DNA from: a virus
Lineage: Duplodnaviria > Heunggongvirae > Uroviricota > Caudoviricetes
Length of the DNA stretch: 64,000 nucleotides
Direction: 5' to 3' (one strand)
IMG/VR virus record: IMGVR_UViG_3300017788_000010
Shown here: positions 10,001 to 17,852 of the stretch, piece by piece
Layout: each line of letters opens with the position of its first letter
Numbering within the stretch: position 1 is the first letter of the stretch
Program-made: the position numbers and the translations under genes
Notes under the pieces: model-generated
Databases searched by the model: none
What the model saw: the letters and a program-made list of their open reading frames with translations, nothing else
Told to the model about the DNA's origin: nothing

Positions 10001-12341
10001 CGCTTAGTATGCCTGTAGCCGAATCGAACGAAGTCGGGCGGCTAATTACTTTGTGTGGCTTACCCGCATCAAAACGATCCGCTATACGGAAATCCGTGCT
10101 AAGTGATTCCGCAAATACAGGAAGCCATTTATTAACAGACAGCTCGCGATCGCCTACCTCTACAAGTGCATTAACCGCATGCAACCGAGGAAGTTGCTCT
10201 CCGTCGCGCACACGAATGGCGGCTCCAGGTATAAGAGGGACGGTAAATTCAGACGACTCTGTATCTGCCGGGCTGATAGAGACAGCTTCTTTATCATCCT
10301 CTTTGACCACGCCCAGCGATGTGCCGGATTCTTCTAGATAAGCAGAGCCCAGCATTATAGACCCTAGATTGACTATGTTGTCAACCAATGAGTTGGATCT
10401 CGATGCCGCGACTAAGGCAGCTACGCGGCGATAGCTTGAATCAGAAGAGTCGTCGTCTATACCAAACAAGGTGCCCCACACCTTGCTCAAGCTGCGCTCG
10501 TCTACCGAGACATTGAATAACCACGCCTTATCTAAGGCAACATCTGAGTATAGATAAGTTAACCCATTCTCATCGACAAGATCGAAATTCTGCCCTTTTG
10601 TCAGGGTGGTGTTTACAACGACTAGTCCATCCTGTATGGCGGCAATATCTACAATCTTGCCTCTATAGTCATAAGCAGAGTCCGCTCTTTCTGGGAGAAC
10701 GTGTTTAAACGGTCGTCCTATCTTCTCTGCGAATACACTTACGAAACTACCTGGCACAAAGAACTCATCGAACACCAAATTCTGGTCTGCGACTGCTGTG
10801 AAGGCCGCATTGTTGAACATACCTGAATCAATAAAAACATCAACAGTAACTTCCGAATCGCCCGTGATCTTCTCGTCCAGAAGAAGGGAACGCGTGGTCT
10901 GCACTCCCTCAGGTATTACAAACTCCTGCTGAATATGCGCATGTGCGGTGATATTGTCAGGAGCATGTGTTAGAAGCGCTGTCAGCTGTGTTCCGGCAGG
11001 GAGCTCTGAAAACGAGATTACGTTATTAACCCGAGTGTAGGTGGCTGTGTCTAGTAACAACCCGTCCGCGTACAACCGTACCCAGTGCCCGGCTGGCGGC
11101 GTATACGGAAGGGTTATGCTGGTCGCATTAGCTGTTAAGGTAACAACATACTTCTCGTGCGCGTGCTCTCTGGAAAGCGCGGCTTCTACACGTAGCCGAA
11201 CACCTGCAACGGGTCTACTACCTAAAACCAACCTATTTTCTAGTATCTGTACCTTAGTTGGGTCGATATTGAAGATAGAAACAAAGGCCGTAGCCGTGTC
11301 TATTGTTCTAGGTAAGGTCAGTCTATTAACTTGCGACCGCGCAGTTACCGTAAACGACCCTTTGTTATCGGTTACACGGAACACCCCTCCAACAGGAAAA
11401 CGCCCCTTATCCAGGCTTATGTCTGTGGCGCTTATGCGTAGAACAGAAGGCGCTAGAGTGAAATTAAAGACCTCATGCACTTCTACCACAGTCAAGGTCG
11501 TCGGAACGATAATCTGATCCTCAGCTATCGCAACAATATCCTGAACAGTGTCGTTCTCTAGAAGAACGCGTATCACCTGTCCAGGGACAAACCGCTTGTT
11601 CCCTATAGGAACTATTGAAGAGTACGTAGTGTTATACGTAGTCTTTACTCTACCCGATATCTCCGCGCTTTCTATGACAACAGAGGAGAGCTCAGGCACT
11701 GCCTCGGCTCCTCCAAGACTCGGGAAGGCTACTTCTGTAGCTAAGCCTGACAAGTCCTGGTAAAAAGGCACAACATCATCAAAACTATATATAGAGACAG
11801 TATCAAGCTCTTCTACCTCCGGCCAGTGCTGTAAAAGAGACTGCTGAGACTGGATATACTCTTTTAGCTTGTACTCTTCTATATAAAACGTCGTGCCACG
11901 GAGCGTGCGGTCATCGGATATAATAGGATCCGTACTCTTGACGTACAAGAAGCTCGGAACGAACCTGCCGTTAAGATACAGCTGCGGATGCGTTAAAAAC
12001 AGGTGCCCAACAACAACCACCTTGTAGTATAAGGGGTTCGTTTCACCCAAATACCGCTGCGGTACGGGAGAGAACGCCTGCTGCATGTAAAAGTGGCTGT
12101 GACCAGGAAAGGTCTTCTCCCACTTATCCAGCTCCTCGTAGACTACTGGGTAGGCTGTACTTACAGGAACAGAGGCAATAGATTTAGCATCATCTATATG
12201 AAATAGACGGCTATAGTCCGACTCCTGAAGCCGAAGCACGGCATCATATATAGATGTGATAACCGGTTTATCTTTGTAGTACTCTCTCCAAAAGGACGGA
12301 AGAGCACCAAAGATGGATGAGGAGTCGAACTTTTTTGACAT
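1083..12341 (-). CDS. Giant virion/tail-fibre-like protein (3752 aa) with S/T-rich repeat regions and a C-terminal right-handed beta-helix (pectate-lyase/depolymerase-like) region
   Basis: Single uninterrupted 11.3-kb ORF. Low-complexity T/S/V/G-rich Ig-like stretches and a C-terminal segment with beta-helix-like NxxG/asparagine-ladder character. All internal opposite-strand ORFs are short and compositionally odd. Confidence 0.85.
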   Translation of the reverse strand: MSKKFDSSSIFGALPSFWREYYKDKPVITSIYDAVLRLQESDYSRLFHIDDAKSIASVPVSTAYPVVYEELDKWEKTFPGHSHFYMQQAFSPVPQRYLGETNPLYYKVVVVGHLFLTHPQLYLNGRFVPSFLYVKSTDPIISDDRTLRGTTFYIEEYKLKEYIQSQQSLLQHWPEVEELDTVSIYSFDDVVPFYQDLSGLATEVAFPSLGGAEAVPELSSVVIESAEISGRVKTTYNTTYSSIVPIGNKRFVPGQVIRVLLENDTVQDIVAIAEDQIIVPTTLTVVEVHEVFNFTLAPSVLRISATDISLDKGRFPVGGVFRVTDNKGSFTVTARSQVNRLTLPRTIDTATAFVSIFNIDPTKVQILENRLVLGSRPVAGVRLRVEAALSREHAHEKYVVTLTANATSITLPYTPPAGHWVRLYADGLLLDTATYTRVNNVISFSELPAGTQLTALLTHAPDNITAHAHIQQEFVIPEGVQTTRSLLLDEKITGDSEVTVDVFIDSGMFNNAAFTAVADQNLVFDEFFVPGSFVSVFAEKIGRPFKHVLPERADSAYDYRGKIVDIAAIQDGLVVVNTTLTKGQNFDLVDENGLTYLYSDVALDKAWLFNVSVDERSLSKVWGTLFGIDDDSSDSSYRRVAALVAASRSNSLVDNIVNLGSIMLGSAYLEESGTSLGVVKEDDKEAVSISPADTESSEFTVPLIPGAAIRVRDGEQLPRLHAVNALVEVGDRELSVNKWLPVFAESLSTDFRIADRFDAGKPHKVISRPTSFDSATGILSDYSVDFIDAEVRPDDLIKIEFVPLDVVGTVDAEPTQLIRVTKVLGPHQLLLEDLTIAEKITGWGDLTFGAGAYGGGVFRPLIWRYTVWSRATRRLDAFTGLDTLPAEGRALVSAEDLTWLAARLSSVLKHHLFTLKLDWNSVKSASALDDLRRLLALIKPSETAAAVYTEFNNAAGLAETFSGQLISSSPLLSVAGNPVVDTLVVGESHLSGVFSGAVDNISQLYDPGSFISGPEAYAHAYGPDTQPAANRLYLTTERATMLLKGSAWASTYSTNHGLANLVLKSTYTSPFYTYSLYNSFGNRPNGRSVSLTNNRALTGTLALSPAFSFRTWLKIPTTHSMSPGMSPIIFRTQSGPQALLQVLSPNGFRFGVRISPAAVPQFAPTTFTRGASTFLAASVVATGTSTLYVNSVASSVSLGNSASFSGTLYIGSNTNLTTASRSIEAVLDETVFVGYTASPAVVSGWYNSGAGIWSGPLGVGQGPLAEYRAEMVLHYDLENAFGSIMFDHSGKGRDLVKTSTLDGDAATDWTVAGLVNTPLSSAGDLYNISRDGYHISDGVQVSANSEFALTDADGEQVPPSFFTVNRGDRVYYDPNVAYAYATSGGWVRKAYFANSIGSSIGASSQSEFIGFIAGASTAPDGTTTLSPMTSDIVIGDDPTITLSAKNNGAISAVTFSAYNYLYADRKGHLFQNKWDAGGAYTLCETGFDSLSPEASPKSRLISFSSNSYEAATSVYTAFASPRLVNSALLEASGDRLSKRVKTYALNNPHIVELNNTFDFYISQVNQSAAWVHSFAVQSPFTVAHSFNVGDGGRLVGTPITLSAPEDGRMHHLTTTFRGGVILSNSDYSRAIGLYHNGPSKPTHIITTDVIYETSPNPHIVFISREANQARSGYAQGVHMRDRYLCAGTFADVSAAFVELYNHLNNQNSVPPSTAVRIDAQPFTITGQALNSPFTVTVTALNNINAVDTAWSTLVTATLTSGTGLQGTLTRSPVSGVAVFSGLSFNTYGNKTIEFSSGTLTDTVDVVVPYPAPVITGRSPTTAAINYGTQSVAIFGQDFLPESTVNVSSVPVPSANVTYVSPGRINLALQLVPPPGLRRITVTNPTPGGGTSNFVGFLVTNPAPIILSPHYLQLGTVPLFWNKGQAEFITVTAFQSPSNAIATAADGLFKVNVYTGINQYVSTFSASPVAGIATVQPVIATAGTYRIDATHSPVTLGPARPAPLSQFLTVYDPDPFVAQVSPSWFAPSATAAPLINVFGSNFTSAGSILFNNSAKPTNFVSPGHVQAFLNVGDIAVQGTYPVQVRVPTAANQVSNSVFINVSPIFVPPVVVSPKALTLSFPSGQFNAGATVPFTSTVTGAGGALATYAAGNLRLTLSPLNDPLYPPFVGALTATAPLKFTNSVLTGSFSVNSFGQYRLTASYSPAIGEPVVTPASGTFSTLVSAPVVQRASPFTYSPLGTQVVSLIGSGFTNTAAVLYYTIPNASDVVTRTTTFVNSNKVTFTLSPSDYPAAGNRVAYTVVSQPFSTGNSGVQAITLATPPSTSPWYLSFQSDPTNPASSSQIPTAIRVGGGWVSGPQQVVVNAFTREDMIATTATGAAVLITSPQSAMFTGTLTLWQSFSSGQAVFPAASLAVSSYGQYVFKATHSPAGGVGYVMSPTGLSSVVNVLNYVPSITSVTPSSVSAGVGAVVVSIKGNRFLQDSPRGMTISIAGTNRNFTYLSPREVLLSLQPADTNNAGTLYANLTNYFSSATPPYQAAVATINVIGAAYNPNEETLSPTIEVSPNGWRRRLPTLGPWNTPNAPFGIYSASLRDAMRNSYPSASIPNPIIPVTNGLGAAEVVEVSAGAYAGWAYEIGSALNRIGMHRGVSRQQPYIVRAKKRPVGSVIEFEPVLIANPQVQTAVMADSGTTLTATVTSAGIDRPSFMTFLGLKVMCDGRDGLNWGVGDNANGTADYFYRDIKWVKCAFLGRWDYRTISLTPRRHTRSMLATTLAAQQQFNHLGNLITTPALGAGDSPLYSMNIQISEALACFSSELPGYTVNQSPAVANSLLVSAAVDQPVSLKGVIQGIPPSSRTPLSDPTGTIFRYLNPDIYTTGNGVNDYRVTVRPVIASGALASCVWGGGVNSGSNDVFANVEQAQGATPEILSTSPFWTSTRVLPFGELTRGLSYRANTTVPSRPLSGDIYAGVWSYQNVRFRKAGRYAFEAIVTRNGSQVPGSLPQYFFVNVTTGGVSQPDTRWEVMARNPVIPYLTTVSRSVPFSIPILVSLLEDTTPPAGHGLAGSINYRTPAIGISSQTNHGVTGITDSFMVTISSPDYLRKWRWAYADGTVYSPNLAGIGKGGFATNMVDGFITPLTPTTAAATVYGAPMLKCLSPLPAGVRQSVTINVRIRPGMSPTVRPGAYNFKASAPLSIVVDLSPTASAVGIPQAALTLPLTTETRGRSSLKAFTIEGGMRVFNSSGSLRPTSYAGRYFAPGWPGDPNHLNFELDLRRWWPSPVKNITYPDHGHSTKWGKQVYTHEGYYFLSSLVAYMQKEHNIYTHNCFGIHVENSTFRYAGRLNLQFTWRRWDNYPQPYDNSVPGRAGWITGNNRLNYSSIGTDLVIKGNKFADSGLNDGNVHVGITEHGGTTYMDNNYHLNGFNSELRHVFGNGGSSGTAFLVMYSGSAFKPTGNKQDMSWYFPYMTDAAGPVLNPVDLNQYTRGLPIISPGLYQHFSPGHPAYYIFTITRQMLLGGANDQNCIAYRDGTVWPESTTDINNPLHPYRNRAYGHPTWSTAGKTDYIEITPPWAQGDPLYPSGVVRLGAPQTNYPGAHQLGDFYMRNNIMYTNVYGANTVELVNASDSPSKQVRAPWVTPGQTPIGLRQAASFLTGANPGAGTRTGVFIGGPRTVYMEGNDIRHAPRPVVRISNVTTANSESSDPPALNVSGFDNNFVGGRDYFGHAPSQTGSASQQMSFNLFRALTSPLPGPPGQLF

Positions 12342-14299
12342 TACCGTTTAGTTAAAGATAGCACCGGGACTGGCTTGAACGTCTGTATCTGATTAAGTAT
12401 AACTCTGTCCTCGCTAACGGTAGTCGTAAAAGTGCCATCTTTGTTAGTAATTAGCGCCGATAGTCTTACAGGCATCGTAATATCTGTCACGCCGAAATAT
12501 CCTAGTAAAGTGATTAGCTCATTAACGGTCAGGGAAGCGCCGAAACCTTTCTTAGTTATGTAGCGAGAGATGATATCAGACATCTCCTGTGTCGTTCTGG
12601 CGCCTGCGTACGTCATCTCTACATCAATAAAGACAACGTCCGGCCCCAGCACTCTAGTGTCTTTAGTAACGTCTCTGTTTGTAGGACTATTGATAAATGA
12701 CTCAATCAAAGGTATATCAGAGTTAGTCGTATAGGTGACCTTTATACGCTCTCCTATAAACAAAGGGATGCGGGACCCGTCTATTTCTTCATAGCCCTCT
12801 ATGCGCAAAACATCCGACGTTGTAAGCGTAAACTGCCCTCTGGCCTCTTTTCTTATAAGGCTGTAGTGCACATCAGGTATCAGCACCCTTATCACCCGAT
12901 CACTATCAACAGCCAGCTGCTCAACCTTGGCTATAGCGATAATTGGTGCAGCAAAGCCTATTGAGTTCTCAAAAAGCTCGACGTTGTTAACTAGCAAAGA
13001 ACTTGTTAAAGGAACCTCTGCTACATCAGACGAAGCTACAGCAGGCAGCGCAGAGATGACAACAGCCTGGTCGGTGTCTGATATTGATTTAACATATATG
13101 TCTGTTTTACCGCCTATATGAAACGTGCTGGTATTTATATCACCAATGATGGTGTACTCGGCTCCATCTAGAGGACTAGTTACCTCGCCTGTTTGTGAAA
13201 GCGGGCGATCCAGCCTGAGGACCTTAACAGGAACACCACCTACACTGGTCGGGACTGTCTCGACTTTTGTAACTATGAAATGTGTTCCAAAATCAGGACT
13301 GTTCTCATCAAGAAACCGAACGCCGAACCCGGGCTGTACTGATACCTCACCGAATACCTTACCATCTAAAGACACCTTTAGTGCATTGAAGTCTTTATCA
13401 AGCAAGTCGTAGACAGCTCCGACATATCCGCCGGTTGGCGCAACTATCGCGTTACCAGCACTATCTTCCCACATTACCTTGCCAGTCATGTCTAGTGGTA
13501 AGTTGACTTTCTGTGCGAAAGACGCTTGGAACAATCTATCTGTAGAAAGAACGACTGTTGCGGTATCTCTTAGCATTAGCGGATCGCCGTAACCCTGTAT
13601 CACAACATCAGTTACCGTAGGAAAGGTTCGCAAAATAAGAGACGTAAGAGACGCTGATCTAGAAGTTCCTGTAGAGCTGAAGCTCTTTTTGATCCGGCCG
13701 TATAGCTCTCCGTTACTCTCAGCAAACGCGCCGCCTGAGTAATCAAACGGGTTAGTTGTTCTAGTTGCGCCTAACACATTAATGACGCGAGACACCTTAC
13801 CTGCCTTGGCTCTATAATCGGACCCGATAGCCGCCGCTATTGTAGGCACATCAATAAAGTACTCCCCTGTTTGTTGATCTAAGCTTGCGGATAGTGTCAG
13901 GCTGTCGGCCGTCACGTCCGATATAGGCAAATACTCACGTCCTTCGTCGTCAGCAAATCTAGCTGACGCGGATACGTTAACGTCCTGTATTTCGGAGAAA
14001 TAGATTCGCTGAACTCCTCTAGCGCGCTCTCCTTCTCGCTTAGATATTAGGAAGTTCGCGGCTAGCCTATCGAGCTCCTCTGGAAGCATTGTAGAGAAAT
14101 TACGTAGCGACTGGTTACGCTGAATAACCCGCATACGATCTCTGAACTGCTGTTGAATAAGCGCAATCGGCGTTATGACAAGATCATAAACCGCAGAGCC
14201 GGGCGCTGTGTTGAGCTTCGGGTACTGTTCCGCCAAATACTGTCTTATGAAAGTTTCGACAGGTAAGCTAAATCTATTAGGGTTTTCTACAACAGTCAT
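12341..14299 (-). CDS. Virion structural protein (baseplate-like), 652 aa
   Basis: Long ORF abutting the giant gene; its start and stop are tightly coupled with neighbours. Product has beta-rich structural character. Confidence 0.65.
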   Translation of the reverse strand: MTVVENPNRFSLPVETFIRQYLAEQYPKLNTAPGSAVYDLVITPIALIQQQFRDRMRVIQRNQSLRNFSTMLPEELDRLAANFLISKREGERARGVQRIYFSEIQDVNVSASARFADDEGREYLPISDVTADSLTLSASLDQQTGEYFIDVPTIAAAIGSDYRAKAGKVSRVINVLGATRTTNPFDYSGGAFAESNGELYGRIKKSFSSTGTSRSASLTSLILRTFPTVTDVVIQGYGDPLMLRDTATVVLSTDRLFQASFAQKVNLPLDMTGKVMWEDSAGNAIVAPTGGYVGAVYDLLDKDFNALKVSLDGKVFGEVSVQPGFGVRFLDENSPDFGTHFIVTKVETVPTSVGGVPVKVLRLDRPLSQTGEVTSPLDGAEYTIIGDINTSTFHIGGKTDIYVKSISDTDQAVVISALPAVASSDVAEVPLTSSLLVNNVELFENSIGFAAPIIAIAKVEQLAVDSDRVIRVLIPDVHYSLIRKEARGQFTLTTSDVLRIEGYEEIDGSRIPLFIGERIKVTYTTNSDIPLIESFINSPTNRDVTKDTRVLGPDVVFIDVEMTYAGARTTQEMSDIISRYITKKGFGASLTVNELITLLGYFGVTDITMPVRLSALITNKDGTFTTTVSEDRVILNQIQTFKPVPVLSLTKR

Positions 14300-14322
14300 A
14301 AAGACCTCAGTTTATTGAATAT

Positions 14323-14338
14323 TGTGGCATAAGATACT
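14323..14338 (+). promoter_or_regulatory. Conserved promoter-like motif TTGTGGCATAAGATAC (copy 1 of 6)
   Basis: Copy of a motif recurring six times in the window, always on the plus strand and immediately upstream of plus-strand ORFs. It has an extended -10-like TGTGnCATAAGAT core. Confidence 0.5.
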
Positions 14339-14340
14339 GA

Positions 14341-14801
14341 TGAAGCTCTTAACTTCTCTTACTATTAATAAGGTACTGCCTGGCCTGCAGATATACGAGG
14401 CGACGACTTTAGGTAACCACGCACTGTCGAGCAGATATCTATGGGGAACGCACGCGGCAGCCTCTAAATTACTCTGTCCTGTATTCACTATCCGCACCGA
14501 GGAGCGAGACGCTGAGCCGATATACATTGTTGGCGCGTTTGCGCGATATCTGTCGTATAGCGGCAACCTGGTAGAAAAATATGCGTCTGTTAGAGACGAT
14601 TTTATGGACGCTATTGATGAGGATATGTGCGTGCTTGTTAGAGACATACAAACAGTTTCACGTGAGTGGATGCACTATTCAGCCGACACTACAGTCAAAA
14701 GAGTGCTTGTAGATATACGGGGAGATTTAATAGACGGTGTACGAAACGGGAAAATCGATGTGTACGCTACTATCGACGATCTTCCTCCTGACTTTTATTA
14801 A
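14341..14801 (+). CDS. Hypothetical protein (153 aa)
   Basis: ATG lies 2 nt after the motif. The ORF track starts at an upstream TTG inside the motif. It converges on the next minus-strand gene. Confidence 0.5.
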
Positions 14802-15369
14802 ACGTTCTGTTACTTATGGCATCAATAGCCTTGCCTTGTAGATGACCCATAACAAAGGGAGCGGTTGCGGCGCCTACTGTTTTCCAGCTAGCCGGGCCTA
14901 TAAAACCTCTAACGGTGCTGGCCGCTCTGCGTCCAAAAGATCGGTTACCTGCCGGACCCAAGCCTTGTGTGGGTCCGGTAGGCGCACTCTTAGTTAGAGC
15001 TCCCGGGGTGCGTGAGGCTTTGGCAAGCCACATACGCAGGGCGCGAGGAGCGGGCACGAAAGCTTGTTTCTGCATGTCTTCCTCGTCCCAACGACGCATA
15101 TCGTTGCGCATATTTTTTGTCATGCGGTGTACCGCGTACGTCTGTCCTACGCCAAGCGCGACCGGTGCGGCAACAGCTGCCGCAGAATTCATCGTAAGAG
15201 GGACCGTTGCTCCTCTAGCAAAGCGCGCCGCGCCTCCAGCAAACCCGCGCTGCTTAGCTTTTTCAGTAAGCCATGCTCTAGCTCCACGAGTCACAGGAAA
15301 AACAGCTGTCTTATCAAGCCCGGCTGAGATAGCGCTCCCTGCAAGGGACGTTATGTTAGATTCCTTCAT
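14770..15369 (-). CDS. Ala/Gly-rich basic virion-associated protein
   Basis: Minus ORF 14770..15414. The internal Met 16 (MKESN...) is preferred as start, giving a 14-nt overlap with the upstream helicase gene. The overlapping plus-strand ORFs are GC-frame artefacts. Confidence 0.5.
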   Translation of the reverse strand: MKESNITSLAGSAISAGLDKTAVFPVTRGARAWLTEKAKQRGFAGGAARFARGATVPLTMNSAAAVAAPVALGVGQTYAVHRMTKNMRNDMRRWDEEDMQKQAFVPAPRALRMWLAKASRTPGALTKSAPTGPTQGLGPAGNRSFGRRAASTVRGFIGPASWKTVGAATAPFVMGHLQGKAIDAISNRTFNKSQEEDRR

Positions 15370-16810
15370 GTCGCTGTCCTTCTTCTTTGAAAACAGACAA
15401 AACATCATCAACAAGCTTTTGTTTATTACGAGCTAACGACATCATATACGCGTCAGCTCCTTGCTCATATTTCGGCGGCAGTAGGCCGAAAACACGGCTC
15501 TTAGGCTGGGGCTTAACTACATAATGCTCAACCTCTACGTGCCGCTGTCCTGCTGGTAAATGCGCGTGGCTTCTGTTACGAACAGCCCGGCCGACTACCT
15601 GCCGTATTCTAGCGCTATTCCAGTGCGGCTCCATGACTTGCACAGAGCGGGTGCCTTTGAGATCTAGTCCCTCAGCTCCCGCACCGCTGATCAACAGAAC
15701 CTTTATTTTTCCGTCATTATAGTCTTGCACAATCTGCTTACGTTGCTTATCCGATATGCCGCCGTGGAATACGGCGTGAGGAACGCCGGCGGCGCGTAGT
15801 TCTTCCGCTAGCGGCATCACGCCGGCCTGTAGGTAATTAGAATACACTAAAGCCTTATGCTCAGGATCCGCTAACTTATGCGTTAAGCTGGAGAACATAG
15901 CCCGAATCTTAGGGCTCCGTTCATTCGGCCTGCCCTGTATCTTCTGGTTATATGTTAGCGGATCATTCGACACCTGGCGAATACCGGACAAGAAGGCGTT
16001 AAGCTGCTGGCTTTCTTTTTTACTTGGCGGCAGATTAGCGCGTACTTTATAAGCCAAAGAGGGGTTGACGTTCAGAAGCCCCTCATATATACCAGTCTGA
16101 TCCGGCGACATCTGCACCTCTTTAACAGAGTGAGAGACTTCCGGAAACTCTCCTTTAGACTCCTGGTAATCCACTCTCCCTCTAACAAGAGAGGCTAGGC
16201 CCGACTTGTTACGAATAAACCGCTCCTCGCCTGGTTTCACGCCACGCAGCCTAGCAAAAAAACCAGGATTTATTTTACGTGTCCCAACGAACTGCTTATC
16301 AAACTCTACTGCGTTTCTAGGGATTGGCCTATCCTTCGCTATCGCCTGTAAAAGGGGCAGCGCCTCCGAGGGCTCGTTTCGAATAGGCGTGCCTGTTAAA
16401 AGCACCGCCTTTCCAGAAACCTGTTTAGCTAACCGACTTCTGGACGAGTCGGTTCGTCCTAGCCGATGGGCCTCATCAAAGATAACCACATCAGACGGGT
16501 CAAGTTTTTTAGAAGCCTGCTCATATGATTTTATATCGTACTTAGCTCTAGGCTTGTGGACATAGTTAGCTAGTTCTTTTCTATAATTCTCCCGCAAAGC
16601 CGCCGGAACAACTACGCTAGCCTTACCACCAAGAGATTCTGCTATAGCAATGCTAGAGAGCGTCTTACCCGATCCGAGGCCGTGATACAACAGAAGACCC
16701 GGTTCTTTGTTGATCTTTTTTCGTACACGCTCTTGGTGCTCAAGCAGTTTAACATCAGGCCGTATATCGGCATGCTTAAGTAACCCAGCCAGTATAGCGT
16801 TAGCTATCAT
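15356..16810 (-). CDS. Superfamily-2 (SNF2/Rad54-like) helicase
   Basis: Walker A motif GLGSGKT, DEAH-box motif IFDEAHRLG, TGTPIRN motif, and C-terminal helicase-C motifs (LISGAGAEGLDL ... VVGRAVR). Confidence 0.8.
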   Translation of the reverse strand: MIANAILAGLLKHADIRPDVKLLEHQERVRKKINKEPGLLLYHGLGSGKTLSSIAIAESLGGKASVVVPAALRENYRKELANYVHKPRAKYDIKSYEQASKKLDPSDVVIFDEAHRLGRTDSSRSRLAKQVSGKAVLLTGTPIRNEPSEALPLLQAIAKDRPIPRNAVEFDKQFVGTRKINPGFFARLRGVKPGEERFIRNKSGLASLVRGRVDYQESKGEFPEVSHSVKEVQMSPDQTGIYEGLLNVNPSLAYKVRANLPPSKKESQQLNAFLSGIRQVSNDPLTYNQKIQGRPNERSPKIRAMFSSLTHKLADPEHKALVYSNYLQAGVMPLAEELRAAGVPHAVFHGGISDKQRKQIVQDYNDGKIKVLLISGAGAEGLDLKGTRSVQVMEPHWNSARIRQVVGRAVRNRSHAHLPAGQRHVEVEHYVVKPQPKSRVFGLLPPKYEQGADAYMMSLARNKQKLVDDVLSVFKEEGQRHEGI

Positions 16811-17208
16811 AGAGGCACCGTGACTAGCACTTGCCTTCCAGCAGCGTTTACAAGCCGTAGCTCTATGTTAAAGGCCCCTGAATTAAGAGTAGCGTTAATG
16901 AGCTCCAAAGAGAACAGGCGCTCCTCTGACGACCTATCAGAGACTGACTGGTTCGCTATTATATGTGTCTGCGCCGTACGGATGGCTTCAGATACAACAG
17001 GAGCCAACTCCTGGGGGCTCTGTAGGGCGATATCTGTTATGTTTTTGACTAGACTACATCCTCGACCAGTGCGCTCATCAAAATCCGACAGAAGCTCTAT
17101 AAGAACTTCTTGGATCAAAGCAGACATACCGAAAGTGCGTTCGGGTGTGTCTCCCGATACAAAAGTTATTTCCCCGGCTGAGGCGACATTTACTACGTTA
17201 TAGTCCAT
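16807..17208 (-). CDS. Hypothetical protein (133 aa)
   Basis: Start/stop overlaps the helicase gene (ATGA-type coupling). Confidence 0.5.
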   Translation of the reverse strand: MDYNVVNVASAGEITFVSGDTPERTFGMSALIQEVLIELLSDFDERTGRGCSLVKNITDIALQSPQELAPVVSEAIRTAQTHIIANQSVSDRSSEERLFSLELINATLNSGAFNIELRLVNAAGRQVLVTVPL

Positions 17209-17276
17209 CGTATCAATTATAACGCCCGCCGAGGCATAGCCTAAGCGGGCGCGTCCTAGGTAGCGCTAGAACTGAA

Positions 17277-17852
17277 TCAGCCTTCGGCTTGCTCGCGCAT
17301 CGCTTTACGAGCCTTCATCTTCTTATACAGCTTATAGCCACCGTACGCGGCGCCAGCGCCTAGCGCAGCGGCACCAACACCATACGCAGCCTTCCTGCCT
17401 GTTGACATGGCACCAAAACGGTTACGGGCGTAACGCAGCCTCTCGCGAAGACCGGATAGCATTGAGCCCTTCGCAGCAGCAGCGGGGGCAGCTTGGGCAG
17501 CTTGGGCAAACCCCGCCGCGTTCGCCTTGCGCGCTGAGCGGTAGCTTAACGGCTTCTTCGTGAGCTCCGCGACATTACCTTTAGCGGCAGCGGACATAGC
17601 CTTTTTGTACCCGGCGCTGCCCTTTTTGAACTTCTTAATAGCCGCTAACATCTTAATGCGGTCAGCGGTCGTGGCGGCAGTTTTATCCATACCTTCGACT
17701 ACGCCCTCAAGAAATACATCCTCAAGGGCGGTTTTCTCCATACCGGCTACAACTCCGTTCATGAACGCATCTTCAACTTCATTAGCCATGTTTGTATCTC
17801 CTATAGGGTAAAAAGTAACTAGGCCTGCAATAATATAACTACCAAAAATCAA
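17277..17852 (-). CDS. Ala/Lys-rich protein (191 aa), possible internal virion or scaffold-like protein
   Basis: ORF coupled to the upstream 642-aa gene. Composition is low-complexity A/K/G-rich. Confidence 0.5.
   Translation of the reverse strand: MIFGSYIIAGLVTFYPIGDTNMANEVEDAFMNGVVAGMEKTALEDVFLEGVVEGMDKTAATTADRIKMLAAIKKFKKGSAGYKKAMSAAAKGNVAELTKKPLSYRSARKANAAGFAQAAQAAPAAAAKGSMLSGLRERLRYARNRFGAMSTGRKAAYGVGAAALGAGAAYGGYKLYKKMKARKAMREQAEG

Noticed and set aside
1583-11763. About 25 short ORFs (60-160 aa) on the plus strand inside the 3752-aa gene
   Set aside because: All lie antisense to one uninterrupted, repeat-rich coding frame. They are short, compositionally skewed and lack starts with RBS. 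They are treated as artefacts of the giant ORF.
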